A DNA stretch of 64,000 nucleotides from Octopus sinensis (taxonomy: Eukaryota), in NCBI RefSeq assembly GCF_006345805.1, contig NC_043022.1, forward strand, positions 13,950,001 to 14,014,000, given 5' to 3'. The notes beneath the pieces were generated by a model. That model ran no database searches, was not told where the DNA came from, and saw only the letters and a list, made by a program, of their open reading frames with translations. This document shows positions 24,042 through 37,756 of the stretch, piece after piece (position 1 is the first letter of the stretch; the number at the start of each line of letters is the position of its first letter). The position numbers were made by a program, and so were the translations under genes.

Positions 24042-24130
24042 GTATGCATATTTATGTACCATTCCTTACATACTTAAGTCTTTTATTTGTTTTTACACCA
24101 AGCATTCTATACACACACACACACCACACA
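22725..24130. repeat. about 700-bp tandem duplication of a microsatellite-rich unit
   Basis: CCTCCCCACAAATATATAGGTATG..GAGCTATCTAGTTACC..ACCAAGCATTCT occurs twice (about 22725-23430 and 23431-24130). Confidence 0.85.
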
Positions 24131-24200
24131 CCACACACACACACACCTACTCGTTCATACATTGACTCACATATTCACTGATGTACATATATATATATGG

Positions 24201-24266
<66 letters not shown>

Positions 24267-24270
24267 ATAT

Positions 24271-24315
<45 letters not shown>

Positions 24316-24374
24316 CATCATCATCATCGTTTAACGTCCGTGATGATGATGATGTGATGATGATGATGATGATG

Positions 24375-24409
<35 letters not shown>

Positions 24410-24444
24410 GTATGTATGTATGTATGTAAGTATGTATGTATGTG

Positions 24445-24479
<35 letters not shown>

Positions 24480-24819
24480 CCAACCACTGTTGGCATGATT
24501 AAGATAAGATGCTTCATTCAAGTGGTTATTCAATTTATTTGGATGTTTAACATTCCTTTTGGGTCTCATGATGGAAAAAACGGACACTAAACGACGACGA
24601 TTGTCATGATGATGATACACATCTGTATGAGTGTATATGAATGTGTGTGTGTGTGGTGTGTGTGTGAGTAGGTGATGGCATGGCTGTGTGGTTAAGAATT
24701 TTGCTGCTCAATAACATGATTGTGGGTTCCGTGTCCCACCCTGTGGCACTTTGGGAGAATGTCGTCTACTACACTCCCGTGCAGACCAAAGGTCTGTGAG
24801 TAGTTTTTTTTCTTTCTTT

Positions 24820-25214
24820 TATTTGTTTCAGTCATTTGACTGCGGCCATGCTGGAGCACCACCTTTAATCGAGCAACTCGACCCCAGGACTTATTCTTTT
24901 GTAAGCCCAGTACTTAGTCTATCGGTCTTTTTTGCCGAACCACTAAGTAACGGGGACATAAACACACCAGCATCGGTTGTCAAGCAATGCTAGGGGAACA
25001 AACACAGACACACAAACACACACACGCATATATATATATATACATATATACGACGGGCTTCTTTCAGTTTCCGTCTACCAAATCCACTCACAAGGCTTTG
25101 GTCGGCCCGAGGCTATAGTAGAAGACACTTGCCCAAGGTGTCACGCAGTGGGACTGAACCCGGAACCATGTGGTTGGTAAACAAGCTACTTACCACACAG
25201 CCACTCCTGCGCCT
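24820..25214 (-). mobile_element. SINE family A
   Basis: Homology to the other A copies. Confidence 0.9.
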
Positions 25215-25385
25215 ACAGAAAGTAAACAAAGCCAGGATCTTTCCCTTGCATGGGTTAGATGGAGTTCATTGGGGCAGAGTTTCCTCAGTCGGATGCCCTT
25301 CCTGTCACCAACCCTCACTTGTTTCCAAACTAAGTCATATTTCCCCTTCACTCAACATATTTTTCAAGGGAGACTCTGGAAATGA

Positions 25386-26265
25386 GGATCTTTACCTTTT
25401 GACCGACAGATTTAAAAAATAATTTTTTGTAACTAAACACTTTGAAACTTTGGACACTGGTAGAAGGTGTCATAAAACATCTTTTACTCTTAGCGTTTTT
25501 GAGAAAAAATTATATTTAGGAAGTTATTTCACGTTAAAGTTGTAGTATTTCGGTAATTTCAACCAATAGGCACAGGAGTGGCGGTGTGGTAAGTAGCTTG
25601 CTTACCAACCACATGGTTCCAGGTTCAGTCCCACTGCGTGGCACCTTGGGCAAGTGTCTTCTACTATAGCCTTGGGCCTACCAAAGCCTTGTGAGTGGAT
25701 TTGGTAGACGGAAACTGAAAGAAGCCCGTCGTATATATGTATATATATGTGTGTGTGAGTTTGTGTGTTTGTGTTTGTCCCTCTAACATCGCTTGACAAC
25801 CGATGGTGGTGTGTTTATGTCCCCGTCACTTAGCAGTTCGGCAAAAGAGACCGATAGAATAAGTACTAGGCTTACAAAGAATAAGTCCTGGGGTCGATTT
25901 GCTCGATTAAAGGCGGTGCTCCAGCATGGCCACAGTCAAATGACTGAAACAAGTAAAAGAGTAAAGAGAGAATCAATGACGTGTATTCAGCTGAATAAAA
26001 TTACTGCTGTTGTTTGTCAAGAACAACTATCATAAATGTCATAAATAATAGTGGCAAACGAAAAATACACTGCTGATAGTTGTTGTTGACAAACAACAGC
26101 AGTAATTTTATTTAGTTGAATACACGTCATTGATTGGTTGAAATTACCAAAATACGACAACTTTAACAAAAAATAACTTCGTAAATATAAGTTTTTCTCA
26201 AAAACGCTAAGAGTAAAAGATGTTTTATGTGACACATTCTACCAGTGTCCGAAGTTTGAAAATGT
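25386..26265. mobile_element. long-TIR element (same family as 13991-14783) with a nested SINE-A (25569-25968, plus)
   Basis: GGATCTTT.. left end; 25410-25567 is the reverse complement of 26130-26262. Confidence 0.7.
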
Positions 26266-26457
26266 TGGCGACCAAATCGGAGCAATGACGATAAATTTCA
26301 TACCATGAGCCCCTAGGGAGTATCGTAAGGAGGTTCAATTTCTGAAGGGCTGCTTAAATGGGGTCCCACTGACACCCTCCTATTTTTATTGCATTTACCT
26401 TGCTCTTACATTTATTGATTAAACTATAATCAGCATCAGTGCTCTGCACATTTGCAG

Positions 26458-26520
26458 AAAGAAGTTTGGGCATTCTAAATACCTTCAGGTACATTCAAAT
26501 CAAGATAAGAGTTATAACAG
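26458..26520 (+). CDS. candidate 63-nt symmetric internal exon of an unidentified gene
   Basis: CATTTGCAG| acceptor, ACAG|GTACGT donor; two open frames (KKFGHSKYLQVHSNQDKSYN or RSLGILNTFRYIQIKIRVIT); no recognised homology. Confidence 0.25.
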
Positions 26521-26604
26521 GTACGTTTCAGGTGTGGTAGCATGGATATTTATATTTTATAGTTTGTGTATATATAAATACATACATATATATATGTATG
26601 TATG

Positions 26605-26637
<33 letters not shown>

Positions 26638-26652
26638 ATATATATATATGTG

Positions 26653-26684
<32 letters not shown>

Positions 26685-26689
26685 CACAT

Positions 26690-26761
<72 letters not shown>

Positions 26762-26776
26762 TATAATATATATATA

Positions 26777-26811
<35 letters not shown>

Positions 26812-26838
26812 ATATATATATATGTATATGTATGTATG

Positions 26839-26881
<43 letters not shown>

Positions 26882-27308
26882 ATATATATATAATATATAT
26901 GTATATATATGTATGTATATATACGTATATATACACAAAGACACACACATGCATGCACACATAAACATACAGGTGAGTGTATACTGGGTGTGTTATGTAC
27001 GTGGGAACAAAAAAAAAAATGTCAAAACAGTTGTTCCGCTTGAATAACCTTTATGGTGTAACAGAAATCATTAATTCCACCCAAGATGTTATTGCTACGA
27101 TGAATGGGGTGTCTAGTTCTTTCTATGTGATTTCTATTTCCAGCTGATATAAATACACACACACACACACACATATTTGTATGTATCATTATTAATGATG
27201 TATATATTTATGATCATCAAATATCTATGACACCTACAGGCAATGTGTGATCCAGTACAACCAGTCATATGACGAGTTCTTTGACTCTTAAACTGATAAA
27301 TTTTTTTT

Positions 27309-28252
27309 CTCAGTAGGGCCAACTTTTGAGGGGAAGGGTACTAAAAACCCATTAGAACAAAAACAAGGGGCTAAACATAGAGGGGACAAATAAGAATGGA
27401 CAAAGGGATTAAGTCGATTACATCGACCCCACCATGCGTAACTGGTACTTATTTAATCGCCCCTTTCTCAGTAGGGCCAACTTTTGAGGGGTAGGGTACT
27501 AAAAACCCATTAGAACAAAAACAAGGGGCTAAACATAGAGGGGACAAACAAGGACAGACAAAGGGATGAAGTCGATTACATCGACCCCACCATGCGTAAC
27601 TGGTACTTATTTAATCGCCCCTTTCTCAGTAGGGCCAACTTTTGAGGGGAAGGGTACTAAAAACCCATTAGAACAAAAACAAGGGGCTAAACATAGAGGG
27701 GACAAACAAGGACAGACAAAGGGATTAAGTCGATTACATCGACCCCACAATGCGTAACTGGTACTTATTTAATCGCCCCTTTCTCAGTAGGGCCAACTTT
27801 TGAGGGGAAGGGTACTAAAAACCCATTAGAACAAAAACAAGGGGCTAAACATAGAGGGGACAAACAAAGACAGACAAAGGGATTAAGTCGATTACATCGA
27901 CCCCACCATGCATAACTGGTACTTATTTAATCGCCCCTTTCTCAGTAGGGCCAACTTTTGAGGGGAAGGGTACTAAAAACCCATTAGAACAAAAACAAGG
28001 GGCTAAACATAGAGGGGACAAACAAGGACTGACAAAGGGATCAAGTCGATTACATCGACCCCACCATGCGTAACTGGTACTTATTTAATCGCCCCTTTCT
28101 CAGTAGGGCCAACTTTTGAGGGGAAGGGTACTAAAAACCCATTAGAACAAAAACAAGGGGCTAAACATAGAGGGGACAAACAAGGACTGACAAAGGGATC
28201 AAGTCGATTACATCGACCCCACCATGCGTAACTGGTACTTATTTAATCGCCC
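27309..28252 (-). repeat. 158-bp satellite, 6 units, made of a SINE-C 3' half plus its unique flank
   Basis: CTCAGTAGGG anchor at 27309, 27467, 27625, 27783, 27941, 28099; SINE-C continues after 28252. Confidence 0.92.
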
Positions 28253-29136
28253 CCGAAAAGATGAAACGCAAAGTTGACCTCTGTTGAATTTGAACATGAA
28301 ACTTGACAAGCGAGTAGAACTCATGTCTGGAAACCTCATGGCATACTCAGATTGTTGAAAAAAAAAAAATCGATAATAGGGCCCCTGGAAGGGATCCTTA
28401 GAGACAGCCAAGGGAAAAAAACCCATTCCTATTCTTAAATTATTTGGTAAAAATGAAACTGAGTATGCTTATTTCTTGGTATTTGAACTGTTAGAGTTAT
28501 TTTCGCAATTTATCCAGTACAACGCTTAAACAAGTAAATAGTATTTTCCTAAACAATAGATCCACTTATTTTTGTTAGTAAATTATTCACAAATATACCA
28601 ACACTAGCGCCCCTGAGAATGCACAAAAGCCCTTTATAGAGTTATTTACTTTGAATAGTTATTATCTCATATCTTATTAACCTGTTATTGCTTCACAATT
28701 TTAGTATACATACCTTATTAGTATTTCCTCCTAAGTTCTGTATACTCTGGGGACACATTAAAGCCCTTTTCGGAGCTACTTTATTTGAATTTTTACTATA
28801 GGGTAACTAATTTCATGTTATTACATAACTGACTTCACAATTTAGGTATTCATAACTTATTGGGAATTCCTAAAAGCAAGATCCTGTGTAAGACAGTTCA
28901 GTATTCTCAATAAACGCACAAAAACCTTTTTAAGGGCCACATACTTTGTATTGTTGTTATTGGATTAGCGAAACAATTATGAGAACGGAACCGAGGGATA
29001 AGCCCCACTTTCCCAGGAATTACTGGGTACGTCAGCTAGTATATATATATATATGTATACATATATATATATATATGGAGATGTACTCGCATAGCAAGTG
29101 ATTTGATCTGAGATCGTGTGCTGAAACGAAAACAAT

Positions 29137-29392
29137 TGCAGCGTGGAAGGTGTCTGTAAGCCATTTCAGAAACACACAAAAGCCGTTTGATTCACTTCAA
29201 CATTTAAGTTTAATTTGTCAAAATATTTTCGTCACTATAAGACCGCGACCTGTTCACTGACAAAAATCCGTGCTGGAACAGGTCGCATATTTTAGCGACG
29301 AAAATATGTTGACAAATTAAACTTAAATGTTGAAGTGAATCGAACGGCTTTTGTGTGTTTCTGAAATGGCTTACAGACACCTTCCACACTGC

Positions 29393-29393
<1 letters not shown>
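29137..29393. mobile_element. fold-back element with about 120-bp arms, inside (TA)n
   Basis: TGCAGCGTGGAAGGTGTCTGTAAGCC...GGCTTACAGACACCTTCCACACTGCA; diverged relative at about 58085-58410. Confidence 0.8.
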
Positions 29394-29454
<61 letters not shown>

Positions 29455-29835
29455 TAAATTAGAGACAAAACCACTATTAGGCAAATCATACAATGAAAAA
29501 CTTAAGCCAATGGTTTTGTCTCTAATTTAATATAATATAATATTTTACTATAAAATTGGATTTAATCCTAAATCTGATTTTTCCCTGTAAGTTTGGATTT
29601 ATTACCTAATATTTATTATTATATATATATATAGTTAATCCAAACAAGAAAGCACAAAAAAACACAACAACGCGAGGACGTGGAACAAATATAGTATTAT
29701 TGGACGCTCAGGAAAGAATGAAAGAAGGAGGGTTTAACGTTTCGAGCGGAGCTCTTCATTGGAAACATAGGAGAAGGAAAGATCCAGAGAAGGGAAGACA
29801 GAGGGAAAAAAATCGCCAACGGTACACATGTGGTC

Positions 29836-29876
<41 letters not shown>

Positions 29877-30304
29877 TATATATATACGCACACACGCATA
29901 CACATGCTCACACACATATATATACACACATTAGTATGTTCTGGTGCGTCTGTGTGGTAAGAAGTTTGGTTCCCAACCACATGGTTCTGGGTTCAGTCCC
30001 ACAGCGTGGCACCTTGAGCAAGTGTCTTCTATTATAGCTTCTACTAAAGAATTGTGAGTGGATTTTGGGGTCAGAAACTGGCAGAAGCCCATTGTGTCTG
30101 TGATACAGCCTCCCCTCCTCCCCGCTTGACAACCTATGTCAATCACTCTACATCCCCATAACTTAGTGGTTTGGCAAAAGAGACCAACAGAATGAGTACC
30201 AGGCTTATAAAATAATTAAGTACCGAAGGCAATTCATTCATCTGTAATTCTTCAAGCAGGTGCCCCAGCATGGCCACAATCGAATGACTGAGACAAGTAT
30301 AATG

Positions 30305-31975
30305 CAAGTATTTATAGTGATGATGGTGGCGGTGGTGGTAGTGGTGCTGAGGTGGTGGTGTTGAGGTGTTGAGGTGGTGGTGTTAAGGTGACGGTGATGG
30401 TGTTGAGATGGTGTTGAGGTGTTGGTGGTGGTGGCGTTGAGGTGGTGGTGTTGAGGTGTTGTTGGTGGTGGCATTCAGGTGGTGGTGGTGGTGTTGAGGT
30501 GGTGGTGTTAAGGTGACGGTGATGGTGTTGAAATGGTGTTGAGGTGTTGGTGGTGGTGGCATTGAGGTGGTGGTGGTGGTGGTGTTGAGGTGGTGATGAG
30601 GTGGTGGTGGTGATGAGGTGGTAGTGGTGGTGATGAGGTGGTGGTATAGGTGTTGGTGGTGGTGGTGGTGTTGAGATGGTGATGTGGTGGTGGTGGTGAT
30701 GAGGTGGTAGTGGTGGTGATGGTGTGAAGGTGGCGGTGGTGGTGTTGAGATGGTGATGAGGTGGTGGTGGTGGTGATGAGGTGGTAGTGGTAGTGATGAG
30801 GTGGTGGTGAGGTGGTAGTGGTGTTGGCAGTCGTTATGTTTGTGATAGTGGCGATGGTGATGGTGGCTGTGGCCAACATCTTTAAGCTGTTGCGTCATCT
30901 CACTGTGTAATATCGGATGGAAAGAAAGAGATGACCTAATTCCCCTCCCCCACAAACACACACACATACATACACTGACACACTCACACATACTACCACT
31001 ACCACCACTACTTATACTATTATTACTACCACCACCACCACCACTACTACTACTACTACCACTACCACCAGCACCACCACTACTTATACTATTATTACTA
31101 CCACCATCACCACTATCATCACTACTACTACTACTACTACTACCCGCATTGCCATTTCCTCTGAGTTTTCTCTATGAATCCAATTCTTTCTCCATCCCAA
31201 CCCCCCCTCCTCTCTTTCACATTCTTCACCCCTTCATTCTATGCAAACACTTTGCTATATACATATTATATACACCTGTATTATACATACATGTGCACGT
31301 ACACAGTCATCAACACACACACACACACAGAATATGTACCCACTACACACATACAGACAATCACACACAGCATCATATCATACATACACATTCTGCCACA
31401 TACACACACACACACATACTCACACATACACCCACATACACTCCCACACAAATGTATTTGCACATGCACCCGCACACATACATACACAGAGCAACACACT
31501 ACACACACAGTCACATATCATACACACATACACACACAGCATCATATCATACACATTCTGCCACATACACCCCCTACACAAATGTATTTGCACACATACA
31601 CACTCACACACACAGCAACATACTACACCCACATATACCCCTACATAAATATGCACACACACACACATACCCATACTGCCACACACACACACACACAGAC
31701 AGCAACACACCACACACACACACACACACACAACACACACACACACACAATGCCACACACATTCACATGCCACACACACACACACACAATGCCACACACA
31801 TTCACATACCACACACACACACACACACACACAGCATCATATCATACACATTCTGCCACATACACACACTACACAAATGTATATGCACACACACACACAG
31901 CAACACACTACACACATTCACATACCACACACAGCATCATATCATACACACACACATACACACACTGCCACACAC
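30305..31975. repeat. (GGT/GAT)n, (ACC/ACT)n and (CA)n low-complexity block
   Basis: Direct inspection. Confidence 0.95.
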
Positions 31976-32419
31976 AGAGTTTATATAACTTTCACCTTTG
32001 ACCCGGCTATCCTAATTTTTTCTTAGTTATTTGTATTCCAATCCATCCCCCTCTCTTATCCCCCACCCCCCTACATCCACTAAACAGGTTTGCAGTCTTT
32101 ATTTTTATTATATTTTTATTATATTTTCTATATTCTTTTCATTTTACTATTTTCCTTCATCGTTTTTTTTTCTGCTTACTTTGCTAAAAATAAAATTCTT
32201 TCTCAAGTGGGAGCCATTCCTATCAGACATGTCCAGCCCACGAGTTTTCCTGTTTTTGTCTCGTCTTCTCAAATAGAATTTTCTTCATTCACATCCACGA
32301 TGTTTCACAGCAGTATTAATTAAATCGGGGCCAAATATTTGGTTGCTACCCAGCGCTAGATTAACCATTAAGCAAAATAAGCGCACGTGGTTAGGGCATC
32401 GAAGGAAGAATGGCGCACC

Positions 32420-32815
32420 ACATCATTATCATCATCATTGTTTGACCGTGGTTGAGACAATGGAATTTACCATGCTACGCCAGACTTCACGGTCCATCAT
32501 GGCATTACAGAGGTCCTGTTGCTGGATGCCTGTATCCCTGGAGATTACATCAGGGTAGGAGAGTGTGCGCCCTCTAGTATTGCGAGTAGATGGCTTCCAG
32601 AGGAGAAGAGTAGAAATTACTTCTTTTTCAGCTCTACAACAATGTCCAGCAAACTGGACTCTCCTACCTTTCACAAGAGATGATACAGGTGGTAGTTTCC
32701 CATATATTTGCATTTTGGTTGGATGGCGCTTCCACGAGAGATTTTGAGCCCTCATAAGGAGGCGAGTGTAAGTTCCATCCAACCGCCTCTCAAGCTTCTT
32801 TGATAACACCACAGA
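32420..32815 (-). mobile_element. RTE-clade LINE 3' end
   Basis: RLDGTYTRLLMRAQNLSWKRHPT..IYGKLP..RRVQFAGHC..LLWKP..AMMDREVWR, stop, (TGA)n tail. Confidence 0.88.
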
Positions 32816-32885
32816 AATGGTATATGGTCTACAGAACAAAAGAAATCCCTTTAAACTTGCTAAAGTAATATTCAAAGTGGTTTAT

Positions 32886-33294
32886 CTCTTTTACTCTTTT
32901 ACTTGTTTCAGTCATTTAACTGTGGCCATGCTGGAGCACCGCCTTTAATCGAGCAACTCAACCCCGGGACTTATTCTTTTTGTAAGCCCAGTACTTATTC
33001 TATCAGTCTCTTTTGCTGAACCGCTAAGTAACGGGGACATAAACACACCAGCATCGGTTGTCAAGCAATGCTAGGGGAACAAATACAGACACACAAACAC
33101 ACACACGCATATATATATATATACATATATACGATGGGCTTCTTTCAGTTTCCGTCTACCAAATCCATTCACAAGGCTTTGGTCGGCCCGAGGCTATAGT
33201 AGAAGACACTTGCCCAAGGTGCCACGCAGATGGACTGAACCCGGAACCATGTGGTTGGTAAACAAGCTACTTACCACACAGCCACTCCTGCGCC
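32886..33294 (-). mobile_element. SINE family A
   Basis: Homology to the other A copies. Confidence 0.9.
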
Positions 33295-33342
33295 TATCTG
33301 ATCAGAAATATAATTTCAAAGTTTGAAATATAATTTCAAACG

Positions 33343-33990
33343 AAGGCGGCAAGCTGGCAGAAATGTTAGCACGCCGGGCGAAATACTTAGCGGTATTTCG
33401 TCTGCCGCTACATTCTAGTTCAAATTCCACCAAGGTCGACTTTGCCTTTCATCCTTTCGGGGTCGATTAAATAAGTACCAGTTACGCACTGGGGTCGATA
33501 TAATCGACTAAATCCGTTTGTCTGTCCTTATTTGTCCCCTCTGTGTTTAGCCCCTTGTGGACAATAAAGAAATAGGTATTTCGTCTGCCGCTACATTCTG
33601 AGTTCAAATTCTGCCGAGGTCGACTTTACCTTTCATCTTTTTGGGGTCGATTAAACAAGTACCAGTTATGCACTGGGGTCGATGCAATCGACTTAATCCG
33701 TTTGTCTGTCCTTGTTCGCCCCCCTCTGTGTTTAGCCCCTTGTGGGTAATAAAGAAATAGGTATTTCGTCTGCCTTTACATTCTGAGTTCAAATTCTGCC
33801 GAGGTCGACTTTGCCTTTCATCTTTTTGGGGTCGATTAAACAAGTACCAGTTATGCACTGGGGTCGATGCAATCGACTTAATCTGTTTGTCTGTCCTTGT
33901 TCGCCCCTCTGTGTTTAGCCCCTTGTGGGGAATAAAGACATAGGTATTTTGTCTGCCGCTACATTCTGAGTTTAAATACCGCTGAGGTTG
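33343..33990 (+). mobile_element. SINE family C concatemer (one head, 3.3 bodies of about 184 bp)
   Basis: GGTATTTCGTCTGCC recurs near 33391, 33576, 33760, 33942. Confidence 0.88.
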
Positions 33991-34196
33991 ACAAAAAATT
34001 TCTGGACAATGGACATGAGTTTAAATAATAAAATAAGAACAGTAATAAATGAGTGAAAAAAAAAATATGCAGTGCATGTGTTTATCTGGCAGAAAAAAAA
34101 TGACCATCCCAAAATACAAAAATATCTGTTTTAACACATGGTTTCACATCAGGAATCTTGCAAAACCAATTAATAAACATTATATTATATATATAT

Positions 34197-34267
<71 letters not shown>

Positions 34268-34464
34268 AGAGAATTCACAAAAAGAAAACAAAAGATGAAG
34301 ACAGGTTGTGTAGACAACATACAAATGTATTAGTCTAATGTTCAGGAAGTGAAAAACGTTTTTAACATTTTGAGCATACGCTCTTCCACAGAGAGGAACA
34401 CAGAAAGAAACAAGGAGAGAAAATAAAGAATGTATAGTGGTTAGTGATGTATCACATATATATA

Positions 34465-35040
34465 TATCATCATCATTTAGCGTCCGCTTTCCATGCTGGC
34501 ATGGGTTGGACAGTTCAACTGGGGTCTGGGAAGCCAGGAGGCTGCACCAGGCTCCAGTCTGATCTGGCAGTGTTTCTACAGCTGGATGCCCTTCCTAACG
34601 CTAACCACTCCGAGAGTGTAGTGGGTGCTTTTTACATGCCACCGGAAGAGGTGACAGACGAGGCTGGCAAACGGCCTCGGTCGGATGGTGCCTTTTACGT
34701 GCCACCGGCACAGGGGCCAGGTGAGGCTCTGAATGGCCATGATCAGATAGTGCTTCTGGCAAATGGCCACGGTCGGATGGTGCTTTTCACGTGCTACAGG
34801 CATGGAGGCCCGTTGGGGCAGCGATGGCAACGGCTACATTCAGAGGGTTCGCTTATGTGCCACCGGCACTGATATCACAGCTACAATTTCTATTGATGTT
34901 GATCGATTTTGATTTTGATTCTGATTCTCACTTGCCTCAACAGGTCTTCACAAGTAGAGTTTTGTGTCCCAAGAAGGAAAGGTATGCATAAGTGGACTGG
35001 CTACATCCCAGGTAGAGGCCATGGGTTATGGTCTCACTTG
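34465..35040 (-). mobile_element. family-D element
   Basis: Homology to 6632 and 54475 including 2-3 internal units. Confidence 0.8.
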
Positions 35041-35097
35041 TATATGTATGTATATGTATATATATACACACACATACATATGTGTGTGTGTGTGTGT

Positions 35098-35865
35098 GTG
35101 CACATTGCTTAATACAATTTGATAATGTTTAACCCATTTACAACAAGAAAAAATAAACTATTGAAATTGAACTAAATATATACATATATATATACACACA
35201 CACATACATACTGAGAAGCAATTTACACACCTGACTTCTTCAGGTGAAAGGCTGACGCACGCCTTTTATCACTGATGTGATGTGGACTGCCATTTACCCA
35301 AGACAAGGCAACCAGAGCAGGGAGGGGACATTACTTTCCTTTACTTATTATTACATCTTTATGTTTTTTTTTTTACTTTGTGCCCCTAAGAATTTTACAC
35401 CTGGAGTAACCAGTCCAGAGTAAAGGTATGTAGTTCAGTGGCTAGGGCAACAATCCTCAACCATGACACATGTGGCCCTCAAGCATCCTTCTGGCAACCC
35501 TTGATGGTCTTTCCTCTATAAATATATTCTCCTTTAATTGAATTGTGTTTTGCTTTATGTTAGGTACAGCCCCCTACAAAAGGGAAAAACCAGGTTTTGG
35601 ACCTGGCCCAGATACTAAAAAGGTCAAGGACCATGGGGTTAGGGTGCTGCATTCGCAATCCTGAGATTGCGGTTTCAATTCACAGACAAGGCAGTGTGAT
35701 GTGTTCTTGAGCAAAAAGACACCATTTTCCCCACTGCTCCTCCAATCCACTCAGCTGCAAGTGAGTAAACCTACAAAGGACTGGCATCCCATCCAGGGGT
35801 GAATGTTGTGATTTCAGTCACTTACATACCATGGAAACCAGGTGACAAACCCTATGTATTAACAC
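35098..35865 (+). repeat. about 770-bp segment duplicated in inverted orientation at 47760-48527
   Basis: High identity across unique sequence, a MITE fragment and an old SINE-E. Confidence 0.9.
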
Positions 35866-35909
35866 ATACATATACATACATAGACACACACACGCACATA
35901 TATTATTAT

Positions 35910-36118
35910 ACTCTTTTACTTGTTTCAGTCATTTGACTGTGGCCATGCTGGGGCACTGCCTTTAGTCGAACAAATTGACCCCAGGACTTATTCTTTTGTT
36001 AGCCTACTACTTATTCTATCAGTCTCTTTTGCTGAACTGCTCAGTAACAGGAACGTAAATACACCAGCATTGGTTGTCAAGTGATGGTGGTGGGGCAAAC
36101 ACACACACACAAACATAT

Positions 36119-36149
<31 letters not shown>

Positions 36150-36317
36150 TATATATACAACAGGCTTCTTTCAGTTTCCATCTACCAAATCCATTCACAA
36201 AGCTTTGGTCGGCCCGAGACTATAGTAGAAGACCCTTACCCAAGGTGCCACACAGTGGGACTGAACCCAGAACCAGGTGGTTGGGAAGCAAGCTACTTAC
36301 CACACAGCCACTCTTGC
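35910..36317 (-). mobile_element. SINE family A
   Basis: Homology to the other A copies. Confidence 0.85.
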
Positions 36318-37394
36318 AGATAAATTTTAACAACAAAATCTTATATGGACCCTCAAGAGCCACATGGACTCCTAATGACCATATGGGCCCCCAAGGGCCA
36401 TACAGACCCTCAAGGGCCACAAGGCTCCTGGTTGGGAACCATTGATAATGATTCTACCAATCTGGTACTCTTGTACTTTGTATTTGTTGGCACCAACTTT
36501 TAAGGGTTGACTTTCTTCTGGGTTCATGGTGCCTTGATAATGGTCACCATTCCTTATGGCTGCAAAAATTTAGAAGTCAAGATGTGGGATATTGGAATGG
36601 ATAGATTGTGGGTTCTAACGGCAGCAAGGGAGTTGGAATCAGAATCAACCCTGAGAGAATTCAGACTCAGGAAGGAGGGGCCACAGACCAAGTTCTTAAA
36701 GGGGTCAAAACAAATTTAACTGAAAAGAAGAATCCAACTGGGTGGTCATTTTTGGATCTTTGCTTTTTGTTTTCCTCTTTTGCACTTTGATGATGCAGTC
36801 ATCACCATCATCTCCCCACCACTAAACCATCAATACTACCACCCCCATCTTCACCAGCATACCCCATTCCCACCACTATCATCATCATCATCATCATCAA
36901 CAGCAAAAGGAACATTAACGTGTGTGGGTGTGCGATGAGGGAGAGAGAGAGGGGAAATATGGAATGCAAAACTACGAGGGGTAAGGTGTTGTTGGTGGTG
37001 GGGGATGAGCAGAAGAAGAAATGGATTCAGGTGTGGTTTGTGTATGTGTGAGATGATAGTTCAGCGGTGAAGGTCACATAAAGAGAGGAGGAAGGGAGAG
37101 AAAGGCTGACAAGGGAATTCTTCAAAGCATTCTTCTTATTCTTCTTCAAAACACCCCTGTCCGCCACCCCCACTCCCACCATCACCCCACCCCCACTAAC
37201 TGAATAATGGATCTCTTTGTGTTGGGTCTAGACATATACATAAGTAGTAGTAGTAGTAGTAGGAGGATATATGTATAAGTAAAGGTGGGAATACATTAGC
37301 ATAATTTAGGAAAAGGATGTAGGTTTGTATGTGTGTGTGTGTTTATATGTATGTGTGTATGTATGTATGTATGTGTATGTATGTATGTATATAT

Positions 37395-37468
<74 letters not shown>

Positions 37469-37756
37469 GTGGAGGCGCAATGGCCCAGTGGTTAGGGCAG
37501 CGGACTCGCGGTTTCGATTCCCAGAGCGGGCGTTGTGAGTGTTTATTGAGCGAAAACACCTAAAAGCTCCACGAGGCTCCGGCAGGGGATGGTGACGACC
37601 CCTGCTGTACTCTTTCGCCACAACTTTCTCTCACTCTTTCTTCTGTTGGCCTGCTCGCTTAGCCAGTGGGGTGGCATCAATTGAAGGCTAAAACAATGCA
37701 AACGCATTGTGACCAGCGATGTGTAACAACATCTGATGGTCTGGTCGGTCACGTGA
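37469..37756 (+). mobile_element. SINE family B, CACGTGA-tail variant, inside (TA)n
   Basis: Homolog at 49340-49647 (minus), also in (TA)n. Confidence 0.85.

Noticed and set aside
27309-28252. CRISPR-like regular spacing
   Set aside because: The whole 158-bp unit repeats, with no unique spacers or cas genes, in a eukaryotic context
28440-29037. Possible second Helitron-like element starting ACTAGCTGACGTACCCAG on the minus strand
   Set aside because: Only the start resembles such elements; no matching end or second copy in the window
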